In this document: positions 59,086 through 64,000 of the stretch, one piece after another | How the letters are laid out: every line of letters starts with the position of its first letter | Position numbering within the stretch: position 1 is the first letter of the stretch | DNA from: Chlorokybus atmophyticus | Taxonomy: Eukaryota; Plantae; Mesostigma and Chlorokybus algae | Direction of reading: 5' to 3' | NCBI GenBank assembly: GCA_009103225.1 | Contig: RHPI01002368.1 | Span: 773,397 to 837,396 of the forward strand | Length of the DNA stretch: 64,000 nucleotides | Translations under genes and position numbers: made by a program | The notes under the pieces: generated by a model | Told to the model about the DNA's origin: nothing | The model's database searches: none | The model's input: the letters and a program-made list of their open reading frames with translations, nothing else

Positions 59086-59479
59086 AATTAGGGTCAGTCC
59101 CTTTATGCAGACGGCCGCCAATTAATGGTAACGGCCGTTATGCTCCGGTCCCTGTATTGAGATCGCCGGCAGACTGAAGGTCGACATTTTTTTAAATGAG
59201 TATCCTCAGGTGCACGGCCGGCAGGGGAAACATTTTGCGACGGATGCTTGTGTGCTGGTACATGTGGACTTCAACATGCAATGCATTGCATGTATTGACT
59301 GAGTTGCAAAATAAGTACAGAACCTTGAGTATGGCGGTGATGGTCACCTTTGGCACGGTGTTAAAGTATCATGGCCCATGGTTGAAGCAATCTAGCAAGC
59401 GTGAAACAGAGACAATGTGGTTGTTGGCAATATTGAGCAACCTTTTCATTAGTCACGGACTCTTGGCTACATTTCAAGG

Positions 59480-61410
59480 ACGGGTGGTACCGCTGTTGTA
59501 GACACTTAGTGGCACAATGCAGGGTGTAAACAGTTCATTCATGATTAACACTGGTGCAACACACAACTTCGTTGAGGAACAATTCTTTATGCGCAATAAG
59601 ATAGCGTGTAAACCCTCAGCATTTTCAGCTGCCGGTGCGGGGGGTGCGTCGCTAGTGAAGGAAATAAAAGATGAAAGTAAACAATGATAATTATCATCCC
59701 ATTCTTACTTTCATAGTGGTATATATCAACGTCAGGTATATGTCACGTATACGGTATCAGGTGTAAATGTGGTATATAAGGACAGGAATGGCAGGAAATG
59801 TCAAAGTGACATTCGATACTGGCACACGCTTGTGCACAGTAAAGAAAGGTCGTAAGCGTGTACCATTGTCGGTGGAAAGGGTCGCATAGCTTGGAGCACA
59901 AGCAGCCCGTCAACCCTGCGCTACTCACTGTACTGCAAGTAAAAGGTGCGTGGCGCAAAAATACACAGGCTTTTCTAGTACACTTGACGTCGTCGGACGA
60001 CTTCGTGCTGGGCAGTACAGAAGGTGTTGCAGACATCAATGAGAAGTACCAAGATGCATTCTTAAATGAGTTGCTAGGCTTACCTCCTGATCGAGGTGTT
60101 GGACACAATACCACTCATTCCTGATAGTGAGCCTCCGTTTCGACCTATGTATATGCTGAGCCCCCGAGAGAGGGGGTAAAAAGAAATTCAAATCAAGGAG
60201 TTATTGGAAAAGGGATTGATTTAATTGAGTTCTTCACCCTTTGGCGCGCCCATCTTGTTTGTGATTAAAAAAAAAAAAACGAATGGAAAGCTGCGCATGT
60301 GTGTGGGTTACCGTGCTTTGAACAAGATCACGGTAAAGAATCGATACCCGTTGCCCCGGAGTGATGATGTGTTTAAATTGTCGAGAAATGCGTACTTCAG
60401 TATGCTGGACTTGACAAGTGGGTACCATCAAATCCGGATCCATGCTTCTGATGTTTACAAGACAGCATTTAGAATACCTTCGGGCCATTATCAATACAAA
60501 GTGTTACCTTTTATATTGACCAATGCACCCGCAGTGTTTCAAAGGAAATGAATAAGGTTTTTAGTGGCATACTTGGCAAGTATGTCACGGTTTACTTAGA
60601 TGACTTGATTGTCTTTAGTAAAACCAAGAAAGAGCATAAGCAGCATTTGAAAGCGGTGTTTCGTCTTGCTGCGTACACATTGCTTGTTTGCCAACCTTGC
60701 AAAGTGTGACTTTTGCAAGACGGTATTGCCATTCTTTGGGCACATTGTGAGCGGTGCGGCTGCTAAACCTGACCCTCGCAAATTGCAAGTTGTAAAGGAT
60801 TGGCCTCAACTTAGGAATCTCCATCAGCTGCGATCATTCTTGCGATTGGCAAACTACTTTCGCAGGTTTATAATGGGGTACTCCACAATGGTGGTGCCTT
60901 TGACAAAAAAGTTGCAAAAAGATGCTCCATTCTTGTGGACAGCTAAAGAAGAAGTTGCTACGCATCAGGTTGTGAAGCTAGCTTTGACTTGAGCTCCAGT
61001 GTTGGCATTGCTCCGAATGGGGACAAGCATTTCATTGTGGTTAGCAATGCGTCCACCCTTGGGTGTGGTGCAATAATGTTGCAAGATGGTAGACCTTGTG
61101 CTTATGAGAATAGGAAGTTCATCCCAGCCGAGGTGAACCACACTACCAATCATAATGAGCAAGAGTTGCTTGGTATAGTACATGATATGGAACCTTGGTG
61201 ATGATACTTGGAGGGGGTTTAGTTCACACTAATGACTCATCATACCCATTGGTATATTTTTCCTTAACATAGCAAAACTTGTCGCGTAGACAAGCTCGCT
61301 GGAGTGAGTTTTTGTCTCGGGTCACTATTGAATGGGTATACCACCCAGGCAGAACTAATGTTGCTTATCCTTTGAGTCGCTGTCCGTCATTGTTGGCAGT
61401 TATGCGTGCG
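59480..61410 (+). mobile_element. Decayed Ty3/gypsy (chromovirus-like) pol: protease, RT and RNase H; integrase and LTRs not found
   Basis: MINTGATHNF (59541; catalytic Asp changed to Asn), [65 protein letters not shown] (60593), RSFLRLANYFRRFI, QELLGIVH, LSRRQARWSEFL..YHPGRTNV..LSR. Several frameshifts and stops. Confidence 0.95.
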
Positions 61411-61450
61411 CAACTGCTTGCGACGCGCGGTCGCACGGAATTTTTTCCAC

Positions 61451-61990
61451 GAACCAGCCCTGGTCCGCACGTACGGACCAGGGCCAAAACGCCCGGGCGG
61501 CTTGGGGTCCGGACCAGGGTCGCCTTGGTCTGCTAGCGGGGACCAGGGCTGGTCCAAACAGTACGTAATTGTCCCACGGTCCCCCAAAAAACCGGGCTAG
61601 CCCTGGTCCCGGTTAGAAACCGGTTTAAGACGGACCATTTATGGTCCTTCATTTTGCAAAGAATCATGTTTGGTTCGAGGTCTTTTGTTTTACGACGAGT
61701 ACCTGTTGCCTGTGACAGCAGCCATGGTCCGTACTTACGGATCATGGCTGGTGCGTCTCGTAAGGTAGTTCAGACCATGTGTTTCACCGGCAACTTGCTA
61801 TTGAATAGAAACTGATCGGCGATGTTATAACGCTGCAAATGAACTGTGCTATGGCGGCTAACTACGGTCAGCTGCAGCCATTAAGCCGCAGCTGACCGCA
61901 TTGGGCCGCCGCTGCTGGTGGCCTGGCGGGCGGCCTGGTGCTCCACACCAAGAGCACCAGGCCACGCCGCTGGCCTGGTGGCGACCAGGC
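61451..61990. repeat. GC-rich inverted-repeat (CCTGG/CCAGG) hairpin tract replacing the gypsy integrase
   Basis: gccctggtccg-cacgta-cggaccagggc (61457-61484); gaaccagccctggtcc versus ggaccagggctggtcc inverted pair; ggcctggtgctc-cacaccaa-gagcaccaggcc (61932-61963). Confidence 0.75.
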
Positions 61991-62289
61991 CAGCATGGCC
62001 AAGGCCAAGGGCTTGGAGGTCGCCAGGCCATAGCTATAGCCATGGCCATGGCTTCCACGATCGCCGCTGCAGTTGCAAGCCTGCACACCAGGCCAAAAGC
62101 ACATGCAACCCCCCTAGGCCGATCCCTGATGCATGCATGAGGACGTTCAAAGCCACATACACACACAACCAGGCCATAGTCACCCACCGTTAAGCATGCA
62201 ACCACGCATACATATGTCCAAATAGCAGCAGACAGACAGAGGCAGAATGGTTGAAACTGAAAGTCACTTAACAAGTAGACAACACAACA

Positions 62290-62725
62290 TCACCTTACCA
62301 GCTTTACAACCCTCGAGAACATACACTGCAACTTGTATTGCAATGCTATTCGCTAACTAACTCTAGCATAATCAATATACAGCCCGCACATACTGATGAG
62401 CACGCGCGCACGTCCGCAACCACACCAACTCAGTTGGTAAGAAGGCTTCTTACCTGCCCCAGCCTTGTGCCATCTTCACTGTCCTCCTTGAGTGCTGCGC
62501 GCTTCCATCCCCTTGCCCCGCTTCTGCTCTCTCCATCGCTGATAGACGCGCCATCCGGCACCGTCCTGTACGTGCTGCAGGAGGAGCAGGAGTGAGTAGA
62601 GGAGCAGACGCATGCGCATATGCACATGCTTGTATGTGTGTGCACGTCAATCAAGGGGGCAGACACACACCTGTTCACATGCATAGTGCAACTGTCTTTA
62701 ACGCCGCACTGACTAGCGCTTATGA

Positions 62726-62796
<71 letters not shown>

Positions 62797-63310
62797 CTAA
62801 TTGAGGCAAACAGCGAGCGTACGCGTGTGTGTGGTTGCGTAAGTGCCTGCCTGTGCGTGTCCGCGTGCGCATGCTTGCGCATGGAGCAACGCCCACGCGC
62901 ACACTCGCGTGGGCGTTGAACCATGCGCAAGCATGCGCACACGGACACATAAAACATACCAGATGCCCGTTACTATATTTGCATGAGAAAAATGCAACCC
63001 ACCTTGGTTAGGGTGAAGACCATAGCGGGACACTGCCCCGCGCAAAAGGTCCAATGCGCCTCGTTGATAGCCTTGGCCACCAGATGCACAAGTCACAACA
63101 CTGCAGCAACACAATGCGCCGTAACATATGCTGCGACATACATACGCACAGGCACACGCGCACACCTCAGGTATTCAACTGGGCGAGAGTAGCGTAATAT
63201 GGGTTTTGCATAAGTGGCCAAGAACCTAGCAAAAACCTAGCTGCGGCGGCGATTGCGGTGGCGGCCGGGGCGGGGGTGGCGGGAGTTGCAACCTTGCGGC
63301 GGCGCTCTCA
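62290..63310 (-). other. Putative spliced transcript of unknown identity (orphan gene, pseudogene or lncRNA)
   Basis: A GCC-rich leader with CTAGGTT motifs like the 5' ends of neighbouring genes. Candidate exons are bounded by ag/gt (approx. 63170-63300, 62997-63110, 62453-62576) and separated by typical CA/TG introns. No family was recognised and no convincing ATG-initiated long frame was found. Confidence 0.3.
62729..62794. repeat. (GA)33 microsatellite
   Basis: Perfect GA run. Confidence 0.97.
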
Positions 63311-63757
63311 TGGCCATGCCCGCGTCAACCGCTTAGCGTCAGGCGGTTGACTAAGCCCACAGCTGCCACTGCAACAAGGTGGGGTCATGATGTAGTGTGC
63401 AACAAGTTAACGGCCACTTACTTGCTTGCACTCAACAATGCAACAACATCCCTTCAGCTGGTTATACATTATGGGCTTGTATGCTTGCGAGAGATGCAGG
63501 GCACGCCTGCATTTGTACTCATGTGATGCGCTGCCATCTCCCATGTATATGTGTCAGACAATCCCATGTTGTATGCAAAAGGAGATAATTTCGTGACACT
63601 TGCGCTAGATCAAGAATGTGGCCTGTTGTCATGAGTGGAATACCATGGTAACGCCACCGTACTCAAAACTAACAACACTGACACGCGCATTCTGCATTGT
63701 AATTACAATGTGCGCCGAGCACCAGGGCATAATGGTAAGCTTGAGTGTGGCAGCTGA

Positions 63758-64000
63758 GCATATCTCTCTAGTGACGCGGAGGAAGGCAAACAGTCGTACC
63801 GCTGGACTACCGCCAAGTTTCTGCATGTGTATGCAAGGCTCGCCAGGACGTACGCTACGATCCTTAATCTGAAGGTGAAAACGAACCAGAGATTCGCAAA
63901 AATGGAGCGCAAATTTGATGACAACGCTGCCACCCTGACGAAGGAACTCTTTCGCCTGGAAATACACCTCACCCTCGTAAATGCTTTCATGGGACTTGCT
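63758..64000 (+). CDS. Stop-free frame running off the window end, possibly a coding exon of an unknown gene
   Basis: 81 codons with no stop: AYLSSDAEEGKQSYRWTTAKFLHVYARLARTYATILNLKVKTNQRFAKMERKFDDNAATLTKELFRLEIHLTLVNAFMGLA. No motif recognised. Confidence 0.25.

Noticed and set aside
63324-63354. 9-bp hairpin followed by CTAA as a Helitron 3' end
   Set aside because: The CTRR overlaps the stem instead of lying ~10 nt downstream, and no 5' TC end could be paired with it.

Overview
Eukaryotic nuclear DNA with intron-rich genes (GT-AG introns, two apparent GC-AG), five N-gaps mostly flanked by poly-G/C, and introns full of alternating purine-pyrimidine (CA/TG/CG) tracts. Gene content and telo-box motifs point to Viridiplantae. 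The mix of plant-type genes with an IP3-receptor-family channel suggests a green alga, plausibly an early-diverging streptophyte (inference). Six genes can be reconstructed by eye: a nodulin-like/NFD4-family MFS transporter (-, 3223-6670); a KAPP-type signal anchor-FHA-PP2C phosphatase with a greatly repeat-expanded linker (-, 9275-16199); an ITPR-family channel (+, ~17.2-34.5 kb); a plastid PHT4/ANTR anion transporter (-, 35403-41109); a bacterial-type aldehyde dehydrogenase (+, 41476-46667); and PDAP1 (-, 47919-50826). In by-eye alignment the ITPR keeps the full architecture but has apparently lost its IP3-binding residues, its Ca2+-activation ligands and the GGGVGD filter. The 51-62 kb interval is mobile-element debris: a PHD-finger retroelement tail, a divergent histone H3-fold pseudogene, palindrome arrays, a stop-free HUH/Rep endonuclease fragment and a decayed, integrase-less Ty3/gypsy pol. 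All family assignments come from recognising motifs; no database searches were run.
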